Notes under the pieces: model-generated | Told to the model about the DNA's origin: nothing | Databases searched by the model: none | The model's input: the letters and a program-made list of their open reading frames with translations, nothing else | Shown here: positions 53,883 through 64,000 of the stretch, in pieces | How positions within the stretch are numbered: the first letter of the stretch is position 1 | Layout: each line of letters starts with the position of its first letter | NCBI GenBank assembly: GCA_951406725.2 | Contig: OX597820.1 | Location: forward strand, 117,614,001-117,678,000 | Source of the DNA: Octopus vulgaris | Lineage: Eukaryota | DNA length: 64,000 nucleotides | Direction of reading: 5' to 3' | Made by a program: the position numbers and the translations under genes

Positions 53883-54369
53883 GTAATAAGAAGACCAACA
53901 ATAATAATAACAACATCAAAACAGCGTTATCAACAACAACAATAATAATAATTTAACATCCGAAAAGTAGTAGTAGTAGTAGTAGTAGGGGTGATGAGGG
54001 GAGGAGGAGGGGCGAAGGGGGAGGGGAGGAGAGGGGGGAACAGTAACAACAACAACAACATCGTCGTCATCATTATTATATTTTATTGTGATTTCTTTTA
54101 TCATAATAAGAGCAAAAACAAGAAACAACAACAAAGAGTTCAAACCCTGGCACAAGGCCAGAAATACACAAATAACAACCACAACAACCACAACCACGAC
54201 CACAACCGTCACCACCATGACCACCACCAGCAGAGGAATGGTGAAAGAGTTGTTGGAGGTGATTGATTGAAAGCTTGAATTGGGAAATGTTTGGGGGGGG
54301 AAGCTTTTATATATCAGAATTGTTGGTTTGAATTGGCCTGGATGTTAAACAGGCTGATTAGTATTGACA

Positions 54370-55460
54370 AGCGGAGGAGGAGGAGGAGGAGGGTGGTGGT
54401 GGTGGTGGCGGCGGTGGTTGTGGTGGTGGTGGTGGTGGCGGTGGTGGTGTGAAGAGCAAGGGGACAGAGAGAGAGAAGAGGAGGGGAAGGAGGAGGAGAA
54501 GAAGAAGAAAAATTGGAAGAAGGAGGAGGAGGAGGAGAAGAAGAAGGAGGAGGAGAAGAAGAAGAAGAAGAAGAAGAAGAAGAAGAAGAAGAAGAAAGAA
54601 AAGAAGAAGAAGAAGAAGAAATGGAAGGGTTTGTTAGGAAAGAAGTCTGATATGAAAGGAAGACAGACAGACAGACAGGCTGAGGTAATATGTGGAGGGG
54701 TAGGAAGAGACATGAGGAGAAAGGGAGAGAGGAGATAGAAGAGGAAGAAGAAAGAAAGGGGTGGGGGAAAGGGAGATAGGAAAGAAATAAGTAAAACTTA
54801 TTGTGGAGGTGGGGTGGAGGGAGTAGAATGTTGATGAGTAGAAAGAGAGAGGGGGGAGTTGATATGGTAAAAGGTAAGGAAGAGGAAGAAAAGAAGAAAA
54901 ACAGAGGGAAGAAGGGGGAGAATAGGAGATTAGTAAAGGAAAGAAGGAAGGAAAGAAGGAAGGGAGACATATAGACAGACAGACAGGTAGATAAATAGAC
55001 AGGCAGGCAGACAGGCAGACAGGTAGATAAGTAGCAGGAAATAGGAAAAGAAAGGAGTTAGGAAAGTGAAAGTAGGAGAAAGAGAGAAAGAAAATAAATA
55101 GATAGAGATGTGAGGAAGGGAGAGGTGGGAGGAAGGAGAATGCTAAAGATAAAAAGAGAAACAGAGTGAAAGAGTAAGTGAGAGAGAGAGAGAGGTTAGA
55201 GAAATAAAGGGTGAGGAATAGGATGGCGTAAGGGAGTGAGGAGTTGGAGAGGGAGTGAGAGAGAGTAATAGATAAAGAGAGAGGGAGAGCAAGAGAGGAG
55301 GGAAACATGAGATACATAAATTGAGAAAGGGAGACGAAATAAGGAGAGAGAGGGGTTGAAAGAGAGGAAGAAGACATGGACTTGTAAGAATGAGAGATGA
55401 AGGGAGAGATAATGAGACAGATTAAAGATTAGGGAAGAAAAGCAGATAAGATAAAGAAGG
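54370..55460. repeat. Polypurine low-complexity tract ((GGT)n, (GAA)n, GA-rich)
   Basis: Direct reading. Similar tracts lie at 26580-26800 and 39390-39980. Confidence 0.85.
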
Positions 55461-55739
55461 ATCTTTGGTAAGTTTCACTGAAAGACCTTCAATTATCTAA
55501 TGAATCTGGCTACCTTCTCATTAAATTAACATTCACTGCATCTGATGGCATAAAAGACACATCAGGATTTCAGTAGTGGAAAAGGTAGATTACACAATCT
55601 GTTTTGAACCATCAATAAAAATCAAAACCACATGCCATTCTAACATTCTACCTTTGAATTTCCCTGCATCATGATCGGAAATGTCAGATTTTTATCTCTC
55701 CCACCTGAAGACAGAGTCCAGATCTACTCAATGTTTGGA

Positions 55740-56122
55740 TGGAAGCACTCCGTCAGTTACGACGACGAGGGTTCCGGTCGATCCGAATCAACGGAACAGC
55801 CTGCTCTTGAAATTAACGTGTAAGTGGCTGAGCACTCCACAGACACGTGCACCCTTAACGTAGTTCTCGGGGATATTCAGCGTGACACAGAGAGTGACAA
55901 GGCCGGCCCCTTGAAATAAGGTACAACAGAAACAGGAAGTAAGAGTGAGAGAAAGTTGTGGTGAAAGAGTACAGCAGGGATCACCACCATCCCCTGCCGG
56001 AGTCTCATGGAGCTTTTAGGTGTTTTCGCTCAATAAACACTCACAACGCCCGGTCTGGGAATCGAAACTGCAATCTTATGTCCGCAAGTCCGCTGCCCTA
56101 ACCACTGGGCTATTGCGCCTCC
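55740..56122 (-). mobile_element. SINE family C, full length
   Basis: Reverse-complement homology to 19708-20090. Variants with a different tail lie at 30543-30792 and 32893-33281. Confidence 0.8.
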
Positions 56123-56139
56123 TACTCAATGTTTATTTG

Positions 56140-56460
56140 CTATGGCTCAGCATTTAGAGTATTGGGCTCACAATCAGGAAGTAATGAGTTCAATTCCTGG
56201 GCCGAGCTATATTATGTTCTTGAGCAAGACACTTTATTTCATGTGACTCCAGTTTACTCATCTGGGGCCAAGCTGTAGCTGCCTTTGCCTTTCCCTTGGA
56301 TAGCATCAGTGGAATAAAGAGGGGAGGCTGGTATGCAGGGGCAAACTGCTGGTCTTCCATAAAACAACCATGCCCTGACTTGTGGCTCAGAGGGGAACTT
56401 TCTCGGTGCACTCCTGTGGTCATTCATGACCGAAAGGGCTCTTTTATCCTTTACCTTTAC
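56140..56460 (+). mobile_element. Further diverged tRNA-headed SINE-like element
   Basis: A-box-like tggctcagcatt, B-box gagttcaattcc, a cttgagcaag segment and a (ccttta)n tail. Confidence 0.45.
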
Positions 56461-56918
56461 TGGTTGCACATTCTTATTTCTTTATTGCCCACAAGGGGCT
56501 AAACACAGGGGACAAACAAGGACAAACAGATTAAGTCTATTACATAGATCCCAGTGCATAACTGGTACTTAATTTATCGACCCCAAAAGGATGAAAGGCA
56601 AAGTCGACCTTGGCGGAATTTGAACTAAGAATGCAGCGGGGACGAACTGGTTGCACATTCTGCTGAACTACATCTGCCAACATTATCAAGTAACTCCAAG
56701 ACCCCAGAAAAATCTGTTGGAATTATAATTCCATTCCTTCCCCCCTTTACTTTTCTGTGTCTTTGTACCCCGTGTAAGTTTTCTCAGCTGATATATAAAT
56801 ATCTCCATATTTTCACTTGAATATCCCAGATTGGAGCCTGATGCAGCCTCCTGGCTTGCCAGTCCCCAGTCAAGCCGTCCAACCCATGCCAGCATGAAAA
56901 ACGGATGTTAAACAATGA

Positions 56919-57338
56919 TAGGCGCAGGAGTGGCTGAGTGGTAAGTAGCTTGCTTACCAACCACATGGTTCCGGGTTCAGTCCCACTGCGTGGCATCTTG
57001 GGCAAGTGTCTTCTGCTATAGCCTCGGGCTGACCAATGCCTTGTGAGTGGATTTGGTAGACGGAAACTGAAAGAAGCCTGTCGTATATATGTATACATAT
57101 GTATATATGTGTATGTGTGTGTGTGTCTGTATTTGTCCCCCTAGCATTGCTTGACAACCGATGCTAGTGTGTTTACGTCCCCGTCACTTAGCGGTTCGGC
57201 AAAAGAGACCGATAGAATAAGTACTGGGCTTACAAAGAATAAGTCCCGGGGTCGATTTGCTTGACTAAAGGCGGTGCTCCAGCATGGCCGCAGTCAAATG
57301 ACTGAAACAAGTAAAAGAGTAAAAGAGTAAAAGAGTAA
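56919..57338 (+). mobile_element. SINE family A inserted in the (GAT)n tail of an RTE-type 3' end
   Basis: Full-length copy flanked by aatgat on both sides. Confidence 0.88.
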
Positions 57339-57449
57339 TGATGATGATGAAGAGGAGGATTCAGAGTCAGGTGGTGCTCTTAGCGCTCCACTAGCACGGA
57401 TTTGTTAAAATCCGTTGCTTATGTTGTTGCTCTGCCAAACCTATAAGAT

Positions 57450-57665
57450 CTTCATCATCATCATTGTTCGACCGTGATCGAGACAATGGAATTTGCCATG
57501 CTATGCCAGACTTCACGGTCCATCACAGCATTATGGAGGTCCTGTTGCTGGATGCCTGTATCCCTGGAGATTACATCAGGGTAGGAGAGTGTGCTCCCTC
57601 TGGTATTGCGAGTAGATGGCTTCCAGAGGAGAAGAGTAGAAATTACCTCTTTTTCAGCTCTACAA
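57450..57665 (-). mobile_element. 3' fragment of a second RTE-like LINE family
   Basis: Minus strand reads CRAEKEVISTLLLWKPSTRNTRGSTLSYPDVISRDTGIQQQDLHNAVMDREVW followed by (GAT)n, a typical RTE C-terminal pattern. Confidence 0.65.
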
Positions 57666-60517
57666 CAATAAGGAGAGAGAGGGATGAGAGGGGTTGAAAT
57701 AGAGGAAGAAGATGGACTTGTAAGAATCAGAGATGAAGTGAGAGATAATGAGACAGATTAAAGATTAGAGAAAAAAAAGCAGATACATCCCTGTAGGCTA
57801 GCAGTTTGGTAAAAAAAAAACAAAAAAAAACTTTAAAAGAAAAACCCATAACTCCTGGTGTCTATTTATTGGACTAAAATCCTTTAAGACAGTGCTCCAG
57901 CATGGCCACTGTCCAATGACTGAAAGAAGTAAAAGATAAAAGTAATTCCTGTACTTGTTGAACAAGTGATGAAAGAGAGACGAAGTAAATAAATGTACAA
58001 TGTTTTATGTTGTTGGACATCGTTGAATATATTTATTGGAAAATAAAATATTTAGAAATTAAATAATTCAGAGACACATCCACATAAAAAAAAAAAAACA
58101 ATGGTTATGAGTTTGTGTTAACATATTTAGTACTCCAGTTAGTGTTAACAGATTTAGTTCTCCATGCATTAAATATGGTAATATTTACTTATTTGAATAC
58201 ATCCTGAGTGAACTTGGAGATAACATACACAGAAACAACATCAATAACTTACATGAAAGAAAATTTGAAAAATAAAATGCAATAAAAATACTTGTTATAT
58301 GAAAATCAAAAAACAGCAATGAATATGTGCACACACGACTACATGGTGTCACAGTTTAAATAGGAGAGGCTGGAACAAGTCAACAGTACAAAATATATTC
58401 AAATACTTTTCTTTTCTACTCTATGCACAAGGCCTGAAATTTTGTTGGAGGGGGGTCAGTTGATTAGATCGATCCCAGTACGCAACTGGTACTTAATTTA
58501 TCGACCCCGAAAGGATGAAAGGCAAAGTCAACCTCTGTGGAATTTGAACTCTGAACATAAAGACAGACGAAATACCTATTTCTTTACTACCCACAAGGGG
58601 CTAAACACAGAGGGGTTAGGACAGACAAACGGATTAAGTCAATTACATCGACTCCAGTGCGTAACTGGTACTTAATTTATCAACCCCGAAAGTATGGAAG
58701 GCAAAGTCGACTTCTGTGGAATTTGAACTCAGAACGTATAGGCCGACAAAACACCACTAAGCATTTCCCCCAGCATGCTAATGTTTCTGCCAGCTCACCA
58801 CCCTCTTAATATATTCAAATACTAAAGAAGTCTTGACATGGTTTTTTGAAAGACTAGCAAAAATAGCAGCCAAATCTTTCTCAAATCACACTCTGCAATT
58901 ATAAGAAAAGATGTACACTTTGGATCTTTTACACATAGATACACTACTCTGCAGTAAGACACCAAGCCCTGTCCTTCTCTACATCTAATCTTTCATTAAG
59001 TAGCACAAAGTATTTCATCTGTCTTTATGTTCTGAGTTCAAATTCCACCATGGTCGACTTTGCTTTTCATCCTTTCAGGGTTGATAAATTAAGTACCAGT
59101 TGCATACTGGGGTTGATCTAATTCACTAGTCCCTTCCAGACAAATTTCAAGCCTTGTGCCTATAATAGAAAGGATTAAGTGGCACAGAGACACCAACCTC
59201 CTTACTATTATGATTCCCTCTTCTCAGCTGATGGGGTTTTTGTTTTGCAAGTTACTTAGTGACTCTGTTGGTGCTGGTGCCACATAAAATATACTGGTGA
59301 TGGTGTCACATAAAAAGCACCCAGTAAACTCTGTAAAGTGGTTGGTGTTAGGAAGGGCACCCGGCCATAGAAACCATGCCAAAATAGACAATGGAGCATG
59401 GTGTGACCCCTGGCATTATTAGGGTTTGTCAAGTCATCCAACCCATGCCAGCATGGAAAACAGACACTGAATGATGTTGATGATACACTATGACTGAAGA
59501 AAAAAGGAGTTTTTTTTTTTCATCATAGGTCTCTTTCAATCAGGGTCGATCTGAGACTAGACAACAATCTGTGCTAGCGGGGTGCAAAGAGCACCATACG
59601 AGTGTTATCGTTGACAGAGCGGCTAACTAGCTTCCGTGCCAGTGGCACATAAAAGGCACCATTCGAGTGTGTGATTTGCTGCAAAACCAGCTAATCCTTA
59701 CTTCACTGAAGGGCAAAACTAAACTTTAAGAGATTTCAACTCAATATATAAAGGACTGCAAAAAATACCACAAGGCATTTTTCCTGACACACAAATGATT
59801 CCGCTTCTTTCTAATGTTGAAACAAACCAGCAATTTTGAGGGAAGGAAAATCAATCAGATCAACCCCAGTACGCAAATGGTATTTATTGCTTGACCCCAA
59901 AAGGATGAAAAGCAAAATTGACCTCAGCACAATTTGAACTCAGAAAATAAAGAACCAGAAGAATGGCAGCTAGGTATTTTGTCTGGTGTGCTAATGATTC
60001 TGCCAGCTCAGCGCCTTACTACTACTAATAATCCTTTCTACTATAGGCACAAGAACTGAAATTTGGGGGAGGGGAATAGTCGATTTGATCGACCCCAGTA
60101 CGAAACTGGTACTTAATTTATCGACCCCCCCCCTCACAGGATGAAATGCAAAGTTGACCTCGGCAGAATTTGAACTCAGAACACAGCGACAGACGAAATA
60201 CTGCTAAGCATTTCGCCCGGTGTGCTAACGATTCTGCTAGCTTGCCACCTTAACTTAATAATAATAATAATAATAATAATAATCCTTTCTACACTAGGCA
60301 CAAGGCCTGAAATTTTGGGGGAGTTGGGGGGGCCAGTCAATTTGGTTGACTCTAATATGCAACTGGTACTTAATTTATCAACCCCCGAAAGGATGAAATG
60401 CAAAGTCGACCTTGGTGAAATTTGAACTCAGAACACAGCGACAGATGAAGTACCGCCAAGCACTTCACCTGGCATACTAACAATTCTGCCAGCTTGCCAC
60501 CTTACTACTACTACTAC

Positions 60518-60555
<38 letters not shown>

Positions 60556-60759
60556 TGATGATGATGATGATGATGAGGAGGAGGAGGAGGAGGAGGAGGG
60601 GAGGATGGTGGTGGTTAATGAATGAAATAACAAAAATCTGTTTCAAATTCACTAATTAGTTAAGGTTTTAAAGATCTTAATTTCAATACTGTTGCATGTT
60701 AGAATCACACCTGGTTGAATTTGAAATGAAGTGTTAGAGTTACAGACACACAACTGCAT

Positions 60760-60820
<61 letters not shown>

Positions 60821-61145
60821 CATGCACACTCACAAATACATAAACACATGCACAAATGCACACAGACACACATGTATACTCATACAAATAAATACACACA
60901 AACATACACAAAAGATTATAAACCCACGTACATGCCTACATACACACACACGAACACACACAGACACACACATCCACAACATGGTCTTGTGTGTCTGTCA
61001 GGATTATCCCACAATGCAAGAGGTGCTACGCACTCAATATTGACCAATCAGCTTTCACCGTTGATCCCTCTCCATCTCAAGGTCATCAGCTTCATCAAAT
61101 CTTACATTGCACGCATCTGATTCGATCCACATTAACTTATAAAGT

Positions 61146-61548
61146 ACTAGCAGTATCACCCAGCGTTGCTTGGGTTTGTAAGGGAAATAACTATATAAGC
61201 ATTTTTAGAGATGTAAAGTATAATAGCCATCTCAATATGGCTAACCACAAAGGCGGGGGGTTACTGTAGCTTTTTACGTTCTGAGATTTAATAATAAATT
61301 TTTAGAGAGTTACTTCCCTTATATATGCAAAAAATGCATTAAAAACGGGAAAAATTGATGGTAAATTTTTTTTTATATCGTAAACTCATCATAGACGCGC
61401 GCTAATACCCACAAGGGCTCGATATGAATCACAACTATAAGATACCCGCTTTTGGTTAAACTGCACCGCAAAATGTGGGAGTAGTTAGGAATCTAAATCG
61501 TAGGAGACAGAGTCTCACACACACAACTTCAATTTTATATATATAGAT
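61146..61548. mobile_element. Helitron/Helentron-like non-autonomous element
   Basis: One end is ACTAG followed by a subterminal hairpin (cccagc...gcttggg). The other end is ttttatatatatagat. Confidence 0.55.
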
Positions 61549-62129
61549 AAGTGTTTCACAAAGCTTTTCCAACACGATAAGGATGGAAGAAAGCTTTATT
61601 TTCATGATTAATTACCCAAGACCACTGATACGTCTGCTCTTCTCAAAATATGTCCAGTCAAGGTCTTTTATTGAATGTAAAATTCTATCTGTTGGGAAAG
61701 TTTGTAGTCTTGCAATTAGAATTAACTGTTTATCAGTAACCTTTATTATTATATTTGTTTGTGTGTGTGTCTAAGTGATTGTGTGTACTTGTATATATGT
61801 ATAAGTAAGGTTATATACTCTTTTACTCTTTTACTTGTTTCAGTCATTTGACTGTGGCCATGCTGGAGCACCGCCTTTAATCGAGCAACTCGACCCCGGG
61901 ACTTATTCTTTTGTAAGCCCAGTACTTATTTTATCGGTCTCTTTTGCCGAACCGCTTTCTGCTCGAAACGCTAAACCCTCCTTCTTCCCTTCCTTCCTGA
62001 GCATCCAATAATTCTATATTTGTTCCACGTCCTCGCGTTGTTGTGTTTTCTCTTTGTGCTTTCATGTTTGGATTAACTATATATATATACATATACATAT
62101 ATATATATATATATGTGTGTGTGTGTATA

Positions 62130-62620
62130 CAGGGTGGACCAAAATGATCTGACACATTTGGAGGCTTAATAAAAGCACAAAATAAGAAATAATGAAAAGA
62201 AAAATTTTATTTTCTGAATTAAGTTTTAAAAATTAAATCAGCTAAATGCTTCCCAACATTGTCAACACACTGTTGGAGATGGTCATGAAAGTTGTCGATA
62301 ACTCTATGGATCATTTCTTCTGGAATGGTTGTTATTTCTACACAAATTGCACGTTTTAATTCATGAATAGATCGATGGCGATGACTGAATACTTTTGATT
62401 TTAAATATCCCCACAAGAAGAAATTACATTTCACCATTCCAGAAGAAACGATCCATAGAGTTATCGATAACTTTCAACAGTGTGTTGACAATGATGGGAG
62501 GCATTTAGCTGATTTAATTTTTAAAACTTAATTCAGAAAATAAAATTTTTCTTTTCATTATTTCTTATTTTGTGCTTTTATTAAGCCTCCAAATGTGTCA
62601 GATCATTTTGGTCCACCCTG
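62130..62620. mobile_element. Fold-back MITE made from two inverted 3' ends of a Tc1/mariner transposon
   Basis: TA|CAGGGTGGACC...GGTCCACCCTG|TA with ~190-200-bp inverted arms. Encodes the transposase C-terminus FFLWGYLKSKVF...GKHLADLIFKT. Confidence 0.9.
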
Positions 62621-62667
<47 letters not shown>

Positions 62668-62720
62668 TGAATTTGTGTAAATGTGTATAGAATAATATAT
62701 CAGTTGAATAAAGTTACAAC

Positions 62721-63062
62721 ATGGTCTGGTTTATACATTTTTTATTGTATTTTTAAAAAACTTTTACCATGTTGAAGTGTGTTAAACATTAAAAAATATT
62801 TTATAATGTTCGTAAAGTTCAATAAAAATATGGAATGTTTCATGAATTTGCATGCAATCCTTGCGCCGGGGCCATGCTAATCTTCTCCGTATCATTCCAA
62901 TTTTAGAATATGTGCTGCCAAAGCTAGCACTTAATTCATGAAGTGTTGCATATTTTTATTGAACTTTATGAACATAACGAAATATTTTTTTAATGTTTAA
63001 CTCACTTCAACATTGCAAAAAGTTTTTCTTAAATACAATAAAAAACATGAAAACCAAACCAT
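62721..63062. repeat. Imperfect inverted repeat (~130-bp arms) enclosing the U6 copy
   Basis: 62721-62848 is the reverse complement of 62933-63062 (atggtctggttt...aaagttcaataaaaatatg versus catatttttattgaacttt...aaaccaaaccat). Confidence 0.85.
62824..62930 (-). pseudogene. U6: U6 snRNA copy, full length, probably a pseudogene
   Basis: Reverse complement is GTGCTAGCTTTGGCAGCACATATTCTAAAATTGGAATGATACGGAGAAGATTAGCATGGCCCCGGCGCAAGGATTGCATGCAAATTCATGAAACATTCCATATTTTT (107 nt), collinear with metazoan U6. ACAGAGA box reads ACGGAGA, several CpG-type transitions are present, and no upstream PSE/TATA context is visible. Confidence 0.92.
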
Positions 63063-63124
63063 AGTTTGGGGATAAAAAAATGATAAAGTGATCTATCGAA
63101 CACTCTAAAGTAATCTTTCCAAAA

Positions 63125-63640
63125 TGGTCTACCTCTAGCAGTCTATCTCAAGGAGTCTATCTTGAGTAAGCTACCTTGAGTAGTCTATTTCGGGTAGTCT
63201 ATCATGAGTTGTCTCTCTTAAACAGTCTCTCTCAAGCTGTCTATCTTAAATAGTCTATCTCAAGCTGTCTATCTCAAGTAGTCTATCTTGAGTGGTCTAT
63301 TTCAAGTAGTCTATCTTGAGTAATCTATATTCAGTAGTCTATTTCAAGTGGTCTATCTTGAGTGGTTTATCTTCAGTATTCTATTTCAAATAGTCTATCT
63401 TGAGTGGTCTGTCTTCAGTAGTCTATCTTGAGTGGATTATCTTCAGTAGTCTATCTCAAGTAGTCTATATCTTGAGTAGTCTATCTTCAGTACACTATCT
63501 CAAGTAGTCTATCTTGAGTGGTCTATCTTCAGTAGTCTATCTTGAGTGGTCTATCTTCAGTAGTCTATCTTGAGTGGTCTATCTTCAGTAGTCTATCTCA
63601 AGTAGTCTATCTTGAGTGGTCTATCTTCAGTAGTCTATCG
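63125..63640. repeat. ~13-14-bp minisatellite (AGTRGTCTATCTTS)
   Basis: Repeated gtctatct core, more homogeneous toward the exon. Confidence 0.88.
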
Positions 63641-63722
63641 CATGCTCATATCATGAAACCCATTCTTCTCTTTTACACAGTAAAATATTGCCAACGGAAA
63701 GTATTTAGAAATGGAATCAAAC

Positions 63723-63967
63723 CTGTCTTCATTTATTTTGACGATGTTGTCAGATGTCAACGGGTTCTGCTCCACAGCTCGTGCAAATTTCAACGTGCTC
63801 CTTCCGAGTTCTTTGGCCACTTCATGGAACTTGTTGTTATCAGCCTGTGAGGGACGATAGGAGAATTTCTCTGCCTTTGATTTCTGTTTTTGAGCCAGGG
63901 CCGCTTTGTATTTCTCTTCCATGTCTTGCTGTTGCTCGACAGCTTCTTTCAGCACATTGTCAATAAT
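63723..63967 (-). CDS. IQCG: Internal exon of a DRC9/IQCG-like gene (dynein regulatory complex subunit 9)
   Basis: Polypyrimidine tract plus acceptor (ttctttcttgtttgctcctAG) before 63967 and donor AG|GTTTGA after 63723. 245 nt encode IIDNVLKEAVEQQQDMEEKY...AVEQNPLTSDNIVKINED(R). The phase-2 end joins the 8941 exon to make AGA (Arg). The junction peptide resembles the KIQxDRQF region of IQCG as recalled; no database search was run. Confidence 0.75.
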
Positions 63968-64000
63968 CTAGGAGCAAACAAGAAAGAACAGGGAACATAA

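Noticed and set aside
62824-62930. Functional U6 gene
   Set aside because: The ACAGAGA box is mutated, CpG decay is evident, and the upstream promoter position is occupied by an inverted repeat arm.

Overview
Eukaryotic, extremely repeat-rich DNA. The SINE, RTE and microsatellite landscape suggests an Octopus-like cephalopod (inference). The only host-gene coding sequence I can support is two minus-strand exons (63723-63967 and 8813-8941) that splice in frame and resemble DRC9/IQCG, so most of the window is one ~54.8-kb intron. That intron holds three or more tRNA-derived SINE families, RTE LINE copies (one with a near-intact RT and an embedded PHD-type finger), and fragments of Dong/R4, Tc1/mariner, hAT, piggyBac-like, Merlin-like and Helitron-like elements, plus SINE/LINE-derived tandem arrays. 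The most notable signals are: (i) several minimal hammerhead-ribozyme motifs in Penelope-like repeats, one attached to a tRNA-like Pol III head; (ii) a 458-bp spacerless palindrome next to a Penelope-type GIY-YIG fragment; (iii) a full-length decayed U6 snRNA copy inside a fold-back structure; (iv) inverted SINEs closely flanking a symmetric 129-nt exon. All calls were made by eye, and repeat boundaries are approximate.
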